Below are positions 8,844 through 17,910 of a stretch of DNA of 64,000 nt, in pieces. Where the stretch lies: contig CAZUPD010000021.1 of the NCBI GenBank assembly GCA_964621785.1, positions 2,009 through 66,008 on the forward strand. The letters run 5' to 3'. Both the position numbers and the translations under genes were made by a program. The DNA comes from an uncultured Nannocystaceae bacterium. Its GTDB lineage: Bacteria > Myxococcota_A > Polyangia > Nannocystales > Nannocystaceae. The notes under the pieces are model-generated. The model made no database searches and had not been told where the DNA came from. It saw nothing but the letters and a program-made list of their open reading frames with translations. Position 1 is the first letter of the stretch. Every line of letters starts with the position of its first letter.

Positions 8844-11312
8844 CTAGCGCACTCCGGAGTCGTGGCCGAGCCGGCGGTCTTCGGGGTCGTCGGGAAGCAG
8901 TTGCCAGAGCTTTTGGGTGATCCGGCGCAGGGTGGGCACATCGTCCTTGTTGAGGGCGATCTTTCCCTCTTTGACGAGGGCTTGGGCGGCGACCAAGTCG
9001 GTCGCTTGGTCGATCTTGGAGGCCGCGCGTTCAAACCGGTGGTGCCAGGCGTGGGGATGCCGGAGGGAGGCGGTCGAGGCCAGTCGGGTCAGCAGCCGCA
9101 GTTGGCGTTGCATCTCGAGGGCGTCGTGGGTTTTCCTTGCATGTTCAATTGCTTTAGCGGTTTCGGTGAGCAGCCGGGCCTCGTGGGGGAGGCCGAAGTC
9201 CGCGATCACAGCGGATGCCCAGATCATGGTCTCACGCGCTTCTTCGTCGAGTTTCGGCCACCGCTTCTCGAGTTCGATCTGTTCGATCTCGGCGTCGAGA
9301 TCGAGGAAGGCGCGGCGGGCTTTTTGCGCGGCATCGGTGTCGCCCCCGGCAGCTGCCGAAACATCGGTCTCGAGGCTGGCGAGCCTGGCTTCGATGCTGT
9401 TGAGACGCCCGATCGCCGAGATGACCTTGTTTTGAAAGGCTTCGGAACGCAGCTCGATGACACGCTTTTGCGTGGCCTCGAGGCTGGCGACCAAAACTTC
9501 GGGGCTGGCCTCGGGGACAAGTAGGTGGGCGACCTGTTCAAACACTTGGTCGAGCGAAGGGACGAGGGCGCGGGCTGACATCCGGCCACCGCGGTCGAGC
9601 TCGATGGTGACTTCGACTTCGGAACCGGCGGGAAGATTTTGTTTGATGGTCTCGCCGCGCAGCTCGAGCGAGCCGACTAGGCGACACAGGTGGGCATCTT
9701 CGAACTCTCCCTGGACGATCGGGATCTTGAGCAAACATTCGTCGCTGCCGGCCGGGATGGTTTCGACAGTGCGCAGGTTGAACGTCCGACGCACGGGCAG
9801 GGGTGCGCCGCGCTCGAAGTAGACCCGCACGTGGTTGTTGGCGAGGGCGACTCCGACGGTGCGCGACAGGGGTGGATCGCTGATTGTCAGTCCTTGGACG
9901 ATGGTGAATGTCGGCGGCTCGATGGCCACGGGGGACTCCGGTCCGCGCCGACCTTCGATGCGAAAGATGTTGGGGCGGCGCGGGAGTAGGGTGACTGAAA
10001 GGACAAATGCACCCTCCTCGTCGATCTCGGTCCACGGGCTTTCCCACAGACCGTCGCTGCGGATGACCCGAAGTTCCTTGGGCGCCTCGTCGGGTTCGCT
10101 GTCGACCAACTTGCCGACGACGTGGGGCGTGATGTCCGAAGACATCGCCGGGTGTTGCAGCCACACGCGTTGACCCCGGGCAATCGGTTCGGCCTTGATG
10201 GCGGGGCGTGCATCGAGGCCGGCGGTAGCGGCATAGATCGCGGCTCCGCGGGCGACCAAACTCATCGGATCGAGACCCTCGGTGGGGGTGACTTGGAGAA
10301 CCTGTGACACGCGGCGGCGGACGATCGGCATCACCGACGGACCACCGACTAGCACGACATGTTGGAGATCGCCGGGTTTGAGTCCGTGGGTTTCGGTCAA
10401 CCGTGTACATACATCGAGAGAACGATCGACCAGCGACATGCACAGGGCTTCGAGTGTGTCGCGGGACAGCGGGAGCTCGAGGTCGATGGGATCGCCGTCG
10501 GGAACCGCGAGTTCGATGACAGAGATCACGGTCGAGGTCGCCCGACTGAGTTCGATCTTTGCCTCTTCGGCGAGTTGCTTGAGTCGCGTGATCGCGGGTC
10601 CGTGCGTGGGTTCGCTGCGCGAGATGACAACGTCTTCCAAGCGTTTGATCTCGGCGAGGATCCAGTCGACGATCGCCCAGTCGAAATCGCGGCCGCCCAG
10701 AAAGTTGTCGCCGTCGTGGCCGATCACCCGCAGCAAACCATCGCGGGTTTCGAGCAGCGAAGCGTCAAATGTGCCGCCGCCTAGGTCGTACACCAGCCAG
10801 CTGCCGGTCGCCTCCTCGGCCGACCAACCGGCGGCGAGGGCCGAGGCGATCGGTTCTTGCAGCAGCTCGACCTGTTCAAACCCAGCGAGCCTGGCCGCTT
10901 CGGAGGTGGCAGCGTTTTGCGGCAACTCAAACAGTGCCGGAACCGAGATCACGGCGCGCTCGGGGACAAACCCAAATTGGTCTTCGATATCCTTGCGTAG
11001 CGACTTGAGGACCTCGGCCGACAGTTCTTCGGGCGTCTTGGTGAGGCTGGAGGCCTTGAATGAAATTGCCTGCGAAGTCCCCATCAGGCGTTTGAACTCC
11101 CCGCGGGTATTGTTGGAGTCGCGTTCGAGGTAGCGGCGGGCCCGGGCACCCACCGTGACATTGCCGCGACTATCGATCCGAACCACCGAAGGTGTCAGCG
11201 TGGCACCTTGAGCATTGCGGATGGGGGTGACCTGTTCGCCGTCAAACACTGCGGCAGCCGAGTTGGTCGTCCCGAGATCGATGCCGACATAGCGGGGAGT
11301 TGCGAGGCTCAT
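8844..11312 (-). CDS. Hsp70/DnaK-family ATPase with long C-terminal helical extension (822 aa)
   Basis: Motifs present: VGIDLGTTNSAAAV, VYDLGGGTFDASLL, VVLVGGPSVMPIV. A beta-rich region follows, then about 250 aa of coiled/helical tail. It is much longer than canonical DnaK or HscA/HscC. Confidence 0.9.
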   Translation of the reverse strand: MSLATPRYVGIDLGTTNSAAAVFDGEQVTPIRNAQGATLTPSVVRIDSRGNVTVGARARRYLERDSNNTRGEFKRLMGTSQAISFKASSLTKTPEELSAEVLKSLRKDIEDQFGFVPERAVISVPALFELPQNAATSEAARLAGFEQVELLQEPIASALAAGWSAEEATGSWLVYDLGGGTFDASLLETRDGLLRVIGHDGDNFLGGRDFDWAIVDWILAEIKRLEDVVISRSEPTHGPAITRLKQLAEEAKIELSRATSTVISVIELAVPDGDPIDLELPLSRDTLEALCMSLVDRSLDVCTRLTETHGLKPGDLQHVVLVGGPSVMPIVRRRVSQVLQVTPTEGLDPMSLVARGAAIYAATAGLDARPAIKAEPIARGQRVWLQHPAMSSDITPHVVGKLVDSEPDEAPKELRVIRSDGLWESPWTEIDEEGAFVLSVTLLPRRPNIFRIEGRRGPESPVAIEPPTFTIVQGLTISDPPLSRTVGVALANNHVRVYFERGAPLPVRRTFNLRTVETIPAGSDECLLKIPIVQGEFEDAHLCRLVGSLELRGETIKQNLPAGSEVEVTIELDRGGRMSARALVPSLDQVFEQVAHLLVPEASPEVLVASLEATQKRVIELRSEAFQNKVISAIGRLNSIEARLASLETDVSAAAGGDTDAAQKARRAFLDLDAEIEQIELEKRWPKLDEEARETMIWASAVIADFGLPHEARLLTETAKAIEHARKTHDALEMQRQLRLLTRLASTASLRHPHAWHHRFERAASKIDQATDLVAAQALVKEGKIALNKDDVPTLRRITQKLWQLLPDDPEDRRLGHDSGVR

Positions 11313-11485
11313 ATGGCCTAGCAGGGTATCGGAATTTTCAGCGTTTCGGACCTCTGGTCACTCCCTCGTGAGATCCGGCATTTCCTCTGTGTTGTCCGTT
11401 GATTGCGCCGATATCGCCGATTGCTTGGTCGCTGGCGACACGCGAGAAACACCACGCAGGTTTGACAAACGTGTGTGTGCGCGAA

Positions 11486-12082
11486 ATGTGTCGGAAAGTT
11501 GCGAGGCTTGGGACGGTCGGCGACGGTGGGACCGTGACTCGCGGATCCTTGGCTTGTTGTGCTCTCGTCCTCGCGTGTGCGGGGTGCAGCGAAGCAGTCG
11601 ACCGCAGGCCACAGCCGCGGCAAGCCACGCGATCGACCCTGTTTGGGGCGCCTGAGTTGGTGCCGACCCGGGAGGGTGAACGGATCCGTCGCGAGTTGGC
11701 AACCGCTGCAGAGATCCGCCAAACCCTCGCGGGGTTTTTGCCGTGGCGTATCCACCACGTCCAAGTGCGACTGTCCCACGAAGGAGTGCGCGGGCGGGTT
11801 TCGGTGGTCCTACAAGTAAATCCAGATGCGGCCGAGGTCGAGCCGTATGTCGACCAGATTCAGCGAATCGTCGCCGGGATTGTGCCCGAAACAGGCTGGC
11901 GAGCCGAGCAGACGACGGTGGTCGTCGGAGCCAGCGAACGCGACATCCCCGGGCCACGCGAGCCGTTTCGCCCCCGCGACATCCTCCTTGTGTTGAGTAT
12001 TTTCGGCTTTGGGGCGAGCTTTGGCGTGGTGGTCGATCGCAGTCTCCTCAGGCGACAGCGCTCCGAAAACCATATCCACTGA
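11486..12082 (+). CDS. lipoprotein with C-terminal TM anchor and a ring-building-motif-like core (tentative)
   Basis: ATG 11486 is followed by lipobox LVLACAGC. The core RRELATAAEIRQTLAGFLPWRIHHVQVRLSHEGVRGRVSVVLQVNPDAAEVEPYVDQIQRIVAGIVPE has the alpha-beta-beta-alpha-beta pattern of YscJ/FliF/SpoIIIAG-type RBMs. C-terminal TM: ILLVLSIFGFGASFGVVV. Confidence 0.5.
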   Translation: MCRKVARLGTVGDGGTVTRGSLACCALVLACAGCSEAVDRRPQPRQATRSTLFGAPELVPTREGERIRRELATAAEIRQTLAGFLPWRIHHVQVRLSHEGVRGRVSVVLQVNPDAAEVEPYVDQIQRIVAGIVPETGWRAEQTTVVVGASERDIPGPREPFRPRDILLVLSIFGFGASFGVVVDRSLLRRQRSENHIH

Positions 12083-12118
12083 AATCCACGCCCTCATACG
12101 TTCCGGTGAAGGATCGGC

Positions 12119-12523
12119 TTATTCCGATGCGGGCTGGTGTCCCAAAAATTGTCGTGTCGCCGAAATCCCACTCCCGGCGAGGGCGAGCCACGCGACCGCT
12201 GCGACCGGTCCTGGGGCGCCACCAAAGTCGAGGTTGATCCAGTGATAGAGCAGGGCGTGTGCAACAACAAGTGTAGATACAAAATGCATCGAGTGCTGGC
12301 AGCGGTGTCTCGCCGCCTCGCGTAGCGCCATCGCGATACTGACGGCGGCAGCCAGCCAGGACATACCGAGGAGCAACCCGCCGACCACATCATACTGTGG
12401 ACGAACGCCGTGAAACAGTTTGGCGAGCACGACTGCACATACAAGGAGTAGGGCGAGTTGAAAAAGGCCTGTATTGCGCCGCGGGTTCGGCGAAGGTGCG
12501 TGAAACCCCGAGTCGTTCGACAT
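12119..12523 (-). CDS. hypothetical 4-TM membrane protein
   Basis: 134-aa ORF with four hydrophobic helices (LFQLALLLVCAVVLA, VVGGLLLGMSWLAAAVSIAMAL, FVSTLVVAHALLY, VAAVAWLALAG). It lies 68 nt downstream of the sigma factor gene. Confidence 0.6.
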   Translation of the reverse strand: MSNDSGFHAPSPNPRRNTGLFQLALLLVCAVVLAKLFHGVRPQYDVVGGLLLGMSWLAAAVSIAMALREAARHRCQHSMHFVSTLVVAHALLYHWINLDFGGAPGPVAAVAWLALAGSGISATRQFLGHQPASE

Positions 12524-12591
12524 GCTTGGATCGTCGGTGATCCAGCAGCTTGTGCCAACGCTTGAGTTTGGCAGTTGCAGCGCGGCCTGGG

Positions 12592-13386
12592 CTAGGGCGG
12601 ACCGCGGTCGCTCGTTTTGTGCTTCGGGGCGGATCGTTTACCCGGCTCTGGATCGGCCATTGGGGCATCGGGATCGAAGCGTGCGCGCAAATGCAGGGCA
12701 AGTTTGCGCAGAACTCTGGCGTGGCGTCGTGAAATCGTACTCACGCTCACCCCGTAGGCCTCTTTGAGAGAGTGCATCGACTGCTCGCGTGTGTAGAGGT
12801 CGTCGAGTAACCGGCGCTCGTCCGGCGTACACACCTCGTGGAGGACTTGGTGGAGGACCTCGCGTTGTTCCACTGCGAGCACCTGATCGTCGGGCGGTGT
12901 CGCGTCGGGATCGGGTGCACTCTCGATGATGTCCGGACCCGCGGTGATGTGATTGAGCACCACCGCAGCCGTGGTTTGGCGGATGAGTTCTGCTGCTGCA
13001 TATACACGTTCATCGAGGGAACGCGGATCGTCGCTCGCCGCGGGGAAGTGGTTGCCCATCAACTCGGCCGCCGACTGGCTCATCGCCATCGTCTGGGCCG
13101 CGCGTTTGATTCGCCTGCGGTTGCGCGTACGGGAGCGGACGGCGTCGATCATTGCCCCGCGCACGCGGTAGTAGGCGTATCCCCAAAACGGAACTCCTGT
13201 ATCGGGGTCGTAACGGGCGGCGGCACGGGTCAACGACTCGTAACCGATACTGACAAACTCGTCGTAGCTGAGCACGCCGAGGTACTGGGAAACGCTGTGG
13301 GCGACGCGGCGGATCTTCGGAAGATGGGCGACGACCAGTTGGTGACGTCCGCGCGTGAGTGGAGCATCTGCGCCGTCTTGGGACAT
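12592..13386 (-). CDS. RNA polymerase sigma factor, sigma-70 family group 3 (FliA/WhiG-like)
   Basis: Region 2 (YDEFVSIGYESLTRAAARYDPDTGVPFWGYAYYRVRGAMIDAVR) and region 4 HTH (SMHSLKEAYGVSVSTISRRHARVLRKL) are present. The ATG at 13386 is preceded by AGGAGG 8 nt upstream (rc of 13395-13400). Confidence 0.85.
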   Translation of the reverse strand: MSQDGADAPLTRGRHQLVVAHLPKIRRVAHSVSQYLGVLSYDEFVSIGYESLTRAAARYDPDTGVPFWGYAYYRVRGAMIDAVRSRTRNRRRIKRAAQTMAMSQSAAELMGNHFPAASDDPRSLDERVYAAAELIRQTTAAVVLNHITAGPDIIESAPDPDATPPDDQVLAVEQREVLHQVLHEVCTPDERRLLDDLYTREQSMHSLKEAYGVSVSTISRRHARVLRKLALHLRARFDPDAPMADPEPGKRSAPKHKTSDRGPP

Positions 13387-13396
13387 CGTGTCTGCC

Positions 13397-13455
13397 TCCT
13401 GATAGGAGTCGCATACGTTGCGACGGATAGACAAGCGGCGATGCTTATCATCGCC
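13397..13455 (-). promoter_or_regulatory. three consecutive short hairpins in the sigma-factor leader
   Basis: Inverted repeats: CTCCT/AGGAG (13396-13408, overlapping the RBS), GTCGCA/TGCGAC (13408-13424) and GGCGATG/CATCGCC (13437-13455). Confidence 0.3.
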
Positions 13456-13577
13456 GGGGGTGAATAGGGCAGTCGTTATGGTCGCAAGTCAGACGGGGTC
13501 AAGCAGGCCAGATAGTTGTGCGCACAATGAATCGATCGCGCGCGAGAAAACGATGCGTATTCAAACGAATTTTGAAG

Positions 13578-13931
13578 TTAGTTAAGAACGCGGGTCTCAC
13601 AGGCCTGTAAGTAGCCGCGCAGAGAATTGAACTGTTGCTCGGTCAGGTCGTGAAACCGGATGGCGAGTTCCGACCGGCTGGCCCGCACGACAACGCCGTG
13701 AACGGGGAGGTTGGCCGATCGCTCCGGAAACGACAGGACCATCGTTACGCGTGTGCCGCGATCCTCCCAGGCCGGTCCGAGAAACCGGCACCCACCGAGG
13801 CTCAAGTCTTCGAGGATGCGGGACAAAACCACCTCCGAACCGATGACATCTGCACTCGCGCGGATCCGAAGTCGAGGGTGGTACCGAGCATCATCTGTAG
13901 AGGTGTTCACAAGTGCATCATACCGACTCAT
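13578..13931 (-). CDS. PilZ domain protein
   Basis: ATG 13931. RLRIR ... DLSLGG motifs sit in a ~117-aa protein (MSRYDALVNTSTDDARYHPRLRIRASADV...LEDLSLGGCRFLG). Confidence 0.7.
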   Translation of the reverse strand: MSRYDALVNTSTDDARYHPRLRIRASADVIGSEVVLSRILEDLSLGGCRFLGPAWEDRGTRVTMVLSFPERSANLPVHGVVVRASRSELAIRFHDLTEQQFNSLRGYLQACETRVLN

Positions 13932-14149
13932 CGCGCATGTGGGTGAATGCGCGATGGGAGAGTCGTCACATTTTCCTGGGCCGGTTTGCGAGATGGACGC
14001 CGTGACACCCGTGGGGAAATTGCTGTGCCAATTTGGCAAAGCATCCGAGCAAAGCGGCCGACACAATCGGAAAAGTCGGTGTGAATGCCTGGGTTCTGGC
14101 AACTTGGACGGTTGGCCGCGAGATTGCTATACGCATCGTCGGTCCCGCG

Positions 14150-14662
14150 ATGTCACGGCTGCACACAATACTCCTCACTCTCCTGCTGGGTATCAGCCCG
14201 GTGTTTGCCACTGGTTGCAAGAACACGCCGACGATCCCCGGCACCAAGATCCCCGACACCGAGGAAAACCGCGAGATCCTTCAGGCGGTTGAGCGCTATC
14301 GGATCGCATTTGTGCGCCAGGATGCCGCCGCTGTGTTGTCGACTGCCCACGAGACCTACTTCGACGAGTCCGGGTCCGACGACCCTGGCGACGACATCGT
14401 CTACGAACAGTTGGGCAAGACCCTGCGGTTGCGCCTCAACCAGATCGAGTCGGTGCGCTTCACCATGGAGTACCTAGAGATTTTCATCCGCAACGAGCGG
14501 GCGACCGTCGACGTGTGGATGGACGCGAGTTTTCGGATGAAGCCGGTGGTCGATGACGAGGGCAACGAACGGATCTCCGCCCGTTACGCTCGCAAACAGG
14601 ACTGGGCCCGCTTTGAGTTGGTCCGCGAAGGCGAGAGCTGGCTGATCACCAAGGGCATTTGA
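14150..14662 (+). CDS. lipoprotein, NTF2/SnoaL-like fold (tentative)
   Basis: ATG 14150 gives MSRLHTILLTLLLGISPVFATGC (lipobox). ILQAVERYRIAFVRQDAAAVLS and the C-terminal WLITKG resemble DUF4440/SnoaL-like proteins. Confidence 0.55.
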   Translation: MSRLHTILLTLLLGISPVFATGCKNTPTIPGTKIPDTEENREILQAVERYRIAFVRQDAAAVLSTAHETYFDESGSDDPGDDIVYEQLGKTLRLRLNQIESVRFTMEYLEIFIRNERATVDVWMDASFRMKPVVDDEGNERISARYARKQDWARFELVREGESWLITKGI

Positions 14663-14714
14663 GTGGGTCGCGCAACGTGGTGCCGACCTGCGGCGTTCGG
14701 TATCCGGTTGCGGG

Positions 14715-16280
14715 CTAGCTCGGCGATCGAGCATCGCTCGCAGCGCACAGGCGACACACGGCAGCCAATACGCCGGTGGTACTCGGTGTATCTGCAACAT
14801 CAGCCACCGGCAGTCCGAGGTTCTCGACTCCGCGCCGGGTCACAGGGCCGATCACGACCACCTTGGCATGTGTCCTGTGCACCAGGGCAACGCCCGCACC
14901 TGTGCCCCACGCCTCGTCGACCGCAGCCAAAAAGTGCTCAGCCGTCTTGGTACTGGCAAAACACAGCACATCGATGCCTTCGCCGCCGTCTTCGTGTGGG
15001 CGCAGGGACGTGAGCAGATTACCCGGGAGGGAGGGCCGCGAAAGTCGATACGCGACCGCAACCTGGTAGCGACCCCCAGCCTGTGTGATCGCCGTCTCGA
15101 GGACGTCGCGGCCTTCCTGTGCACGTACATGTAACCACTGCCGTGCGAGCTCCTCGGCTTCGCGCAGCTGGTCGACCATCCCCTCGGAGTTGGGTGGATC
15201 CGCGATGATATCGGGGATGATCCCGCGTTTGCGCAGTGCGCCCGCCGTGCGCTCCCCGATCGCTGCAATCTTTGTGTGTACAAGTGAACGAAGGTCGAGC
15301 TCCCCGGTGATCGCACTAAAAAACTGCTCTACTGCGTTTGTACTCGAAAAAATCAGCCCGTCGTGATCGCGGAGGGTCCGAATGGCTTGTAGCAGCAAAT
15401 CTGTTGTTGGCTCGACCCGCAGGCACGGTACCGGGACCGCATCGGCTCCGAGGTGTGCGAGTTGTGCGAGGAGGTCGTGGGACTGCTCAAACGCCCGGGT
15501 TATCACCACGCGACGCCCGAACAGCGGGCGCGACTCGATCCACTTAATTTGTTCGCGCAGCGACACCACCGAGCCGACGATCATCACTGCGGGTGGGCGC
15601 AGGTTGGCCGCCTCGATCGCATCGCCGATGGTCGCCAGGGTGCCGACGACCGTCTGTTGAATCCCGCGCGTACCCCAGCGGACAAGTGCCACATCGGTGT
15701 TGGGGTCGCGCCCCGAGGCGACCAGGCGCTCGGCATTTTTTCGACAGTTGCGGACACTCATCATCAGCACAAGCGTGCCGCCATGCCGGGCCATATGTTC
15801 CCATCCGACGCCGCGCCCGCGCTTGTCGTAGGCCTCGTAGCCCGAGATCAGACTGACCGATGGGGTGTGGTCGCGCTGGGTGATCGGAATCCCGGCGACC
15901 TCGGGTGCTGCGATCGCAGCACTCACCCCGGGGACAAACGCATAGGCGATTCCCGCTTCGCGCAACACGATCGCCTCTTCGCTGCCGCGGCCAAACACCA
16001 TCGGATCGCCACCTTTGAGTCGGACCACGTATTTGCCCTGCTGTGCGCGGTCGACTAGGAGCTGGGAGACCGCTCGCTGATCGAGGCTCATGCCCGAGTT
16101 GTGGGGGCCGCGGCTGCGCTGGATGACCTCAGCGTCGGGCCGACAGTGCAGCAAGAGAGCCGGATTGACGAGGTAGTCGGCGATCACCACATCGGCGCGG
16201 CGCAGGCACTCGAGGCCTTGCAGTGTCAAGAGTTGCGGATTCCAGGGGCCCGCACCGACCAACGAGACAAATCCCGGCAT
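14715..16280 (-). CDS. cobA: uroporphyrinogen-III C-methyltransferase fused to uroporphyrinogen-III synthase
   Basis: The N-terminal half has SUMT motifs (VGAGPWNPQLLTLQG, VVRLKGGDPMVFGRG, VPGVSAAIAAP). The C-terminal ~250 aa is HemD-like (GRRVVITRAFEQSHDLLAQL...). Confidence 0.9.
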   Translation of the reverse strand: MPGFVSLVGAGPWNPQLLTLQGLECLRRADVVIADYLVNPALLLHCRPDAEVIQRSRGPHNSGMSLDQRAVSQLLVDRAQQGKYVVRLKGGDPMVFGRGSEEAIVLREAGIAYAFVPGVSAAIAAPEVAGIPITQRDHTPSVSLISGYEAYDKRGRGVGWEHMARHGGTLVLMMSVRNCRKNAERLVASGRDPNTDVALVRWGTRGIQQTVVGTLATIGDAIEAANLRPPAVMIVGSVVSLREQIKWIESRPLFGRRVVITRAFEQSHDLLAQLAHLGADAVPVPCLRVEPTTDLLLQAIRTLRDHDGLIFSSTNAVEQFFSAITGELDLRSLVHTKIAAIGERTAGALRKRGIIPDIIADPPNSEGMVDQLREAEELARQWLHVRAQEGRDVLETAITQAGGRYQVAVAYRLSRPSLPGNLLTSLRPHEDGGEGIDVLCFASTKTAEHFLAAVDEAWGTGAGVALVHRTHAKVVVIGPVTRRGVENLGLPVADVADTPSTTGVLAAVCRLCAASDARSPS

Positions 16281-16486
16281 GGTCCGAACGTACTACAAGC
16301 GCGGTCGGACGCGACGAGATTTGCGAGGGTGATCCGCGACGAGCCGCGAGTGTCTCGGGCGCAGGTTGGCCGTGTCGTTTGGACTGAAAGAACGCGGTTG
16401 TCGGGTTTCTGTGGAGGCGACCTTTGGCAGCCTGGCAGGTCGACGCAGCGAACCGATGGGAGGATGCGACCATCACCACCGAGCCT

Positions 16487-17392
16487 TCAGTTCACACGGC
16501 GTCGGCGTAGGTGCAGCCCGGCGAGACAAAGTCCCGCGAGCGCGAGGCCTTCGATCGGCGCCAGATTTTTATTGATGCTACAACAACCACCGTGGCGTTC
16601 GGGATCGGAGATCAGGGTCGAGCACGTGTCGGACATATCGGAAGTCAAGTCGAGTCCGGCTTCGTCGCGCAGCCAGCACAGTTCACTGGCCGGCAGCGTG
16701 TAGTAGCCCCCCTCGCCGCACATCACGCCTCGAGACGTGACGCCCGCGAGCAGCCGTCGACCGTCGGAGAGCACGATAAACGCGGGTCCTCCCGAATCGC
16801 CTTGGCACGAATCCTTGCCGTCGCCTCCCGCTCGGAACTCGTGCCCCGACTCGCTGAAGTGCGTGATCTCGGTTTCGACAAATTTCTTCGTCCCGGAATT
16901 GCTTTGCTCATCCTGCCCGTAGCCGACCAGTAAAACAGTTGCTCCTACAAACATTCCCTCGTCCCAATCATCCTGTTCGAGAAGAACCTCAGCAGGGGTC
17001 GCGGGGAAGGGCTCGGCGAGCTTGAGGTAGGCGAGGTCGTGGATATCTTCTTTGCACGTGTCGAGGTCGTTGCAAAAGTCGGGGTGGGACCCGAATGCCT
17101 CGACGTCGTAATAGGGACTGCCCGCCTGATCGCCTTTGGATACGCGGATCGACCCCAACGACAGGCTATTGGGAAAACAGTGGGCAGCGGTGAGGACCAC
17201 GCGACTCGACACGAGCGTGCCGGTGCACAAAACGGAGCCCGCCTGGATCGCTACGACATCGGGATACTCGCCGGGACTCACAACCTCGCCCCCATAAATC
17301 GCACTGGGCGGAGGGACTGGCGTGGCGAGGTCGTCGCCCGAGCTCGCCACCGCGGCGACTGTTGAGAGGGAGAGGGCGATCAGATCCAACAT
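16487..17392 (-). CDS. trypsin-like S1 serine protease with MYXO-CTERM-like sorting tail
   Basis: Signal peptide, then IYGGEVV, TAAHC and DSCQGDSGGP. The C-terminus HGGCCSINKNLAPIEGLALAGLCLAGLHLRRRRVN is a Cys motif + TM + Arg cluster. Confidence 0.85.
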   Translation of the reverse strand: MLDLIALSLSTVAAVASSGDDLATPVPPPSAIYGGEVVSPGEYPDVVAIQAGSVLCTGTLVSSRVVLTAAHCFPNSLSLGSIRVSKGDQAGSPYYDVEAFGSHPDFCNDLDTCKEDIHDLAYLKLAEPFPATPAEVLLEQDDWDEGMFVGATVLLVGYGQDEQSNSGTKKFVETEITHFSESGHEFRAGGDGKDSCQGDSGGPAFIVLSDGRRLLAGVTSRGVMCGEGGYYTLPASELCWLRDEAGLDLTSDMSDTCSTLISDPERHGGCCSINKNLAPIEGLALAGLCLAGLHLRRRRVN

Positions 17393-17760
17393 GGTGCGAC
17401 ATCATACACCGGCGACCGTCACGACGGGGGTGATGGATTGTGTCGCTCGGGACAGGGACACGCGCGCGAGATCGGCTATGAACGAAGGGGGAGGAGCGTG
17501 CCGCGACAAATTCGACCGTGGACGTTGAGCGTTCGCAAGTTGGCGGCATTTCGCCAGGTGGCCAAACGGGCCGATAGCGAACCTGCCGACTGTCTCGCCG
17601 TATCACCACGATCGCACACGAGACCAGCCCCGGGCCAGTGTGCATGCGCTGTGAACCCCCGAGTGCCTCGGTTGTGTGCTCTCCACACCTTGCCCGGAGC
17701 ACCGATGTGACGCTCGACCCGAAGACCTTACCGATCGTGCATGTCGGTGCAGCGTGTGAC

Positions 17761-17910
17761 CGGCGACAGCTGGTGCCTTACGGTACATTTAGAATGTAGT
17801 TGCATGTTTGTGTGTGCCATGCTCGCGGAGCACAAACGGCGACAGCTGGTGCGCTACGGAGCATCAATAAATGTAGTTGCATCTTTACGTGCGCCGTGAT
17901 CGCTGAGCAC
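17761..17910. repeat. tandem duplication (~75 bp x2) of the 3' coding end of the 702-aa gene
   Basis: Copy B (17837-17910) encodes the real C-terminus VLSDHGARKDATTFIDAP*. Copy A (17761-17833), just downstream of the stop, would read VLREHGTHKHATTF*. The copies are roughly 80% identical by eye, with one indel. Confidence 0.85.

Noticed and set aside
8676-11133. Long antisense or out-of-frame ORFs over the Hsp70 gene (e.g. 8676-9524, 9538-10443, 10282-11133)
   Set aside because: These are typical high-GC shadow ORFs with Arg/Pro/Ser-rich products, and the Hsp70 frame carries all the conserved motifs. The same reasoning applies to 23458-24765, 58508-59695, 60680-61585, 62714-63997 and similar ORFs.
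16281-16486. Cobalamin riboswitch upstream of cobA-hemD
   Set aside because: I could find no B12-box-like (AGYCMGG...GCCACUG) sequence in the leader on the coding strand.
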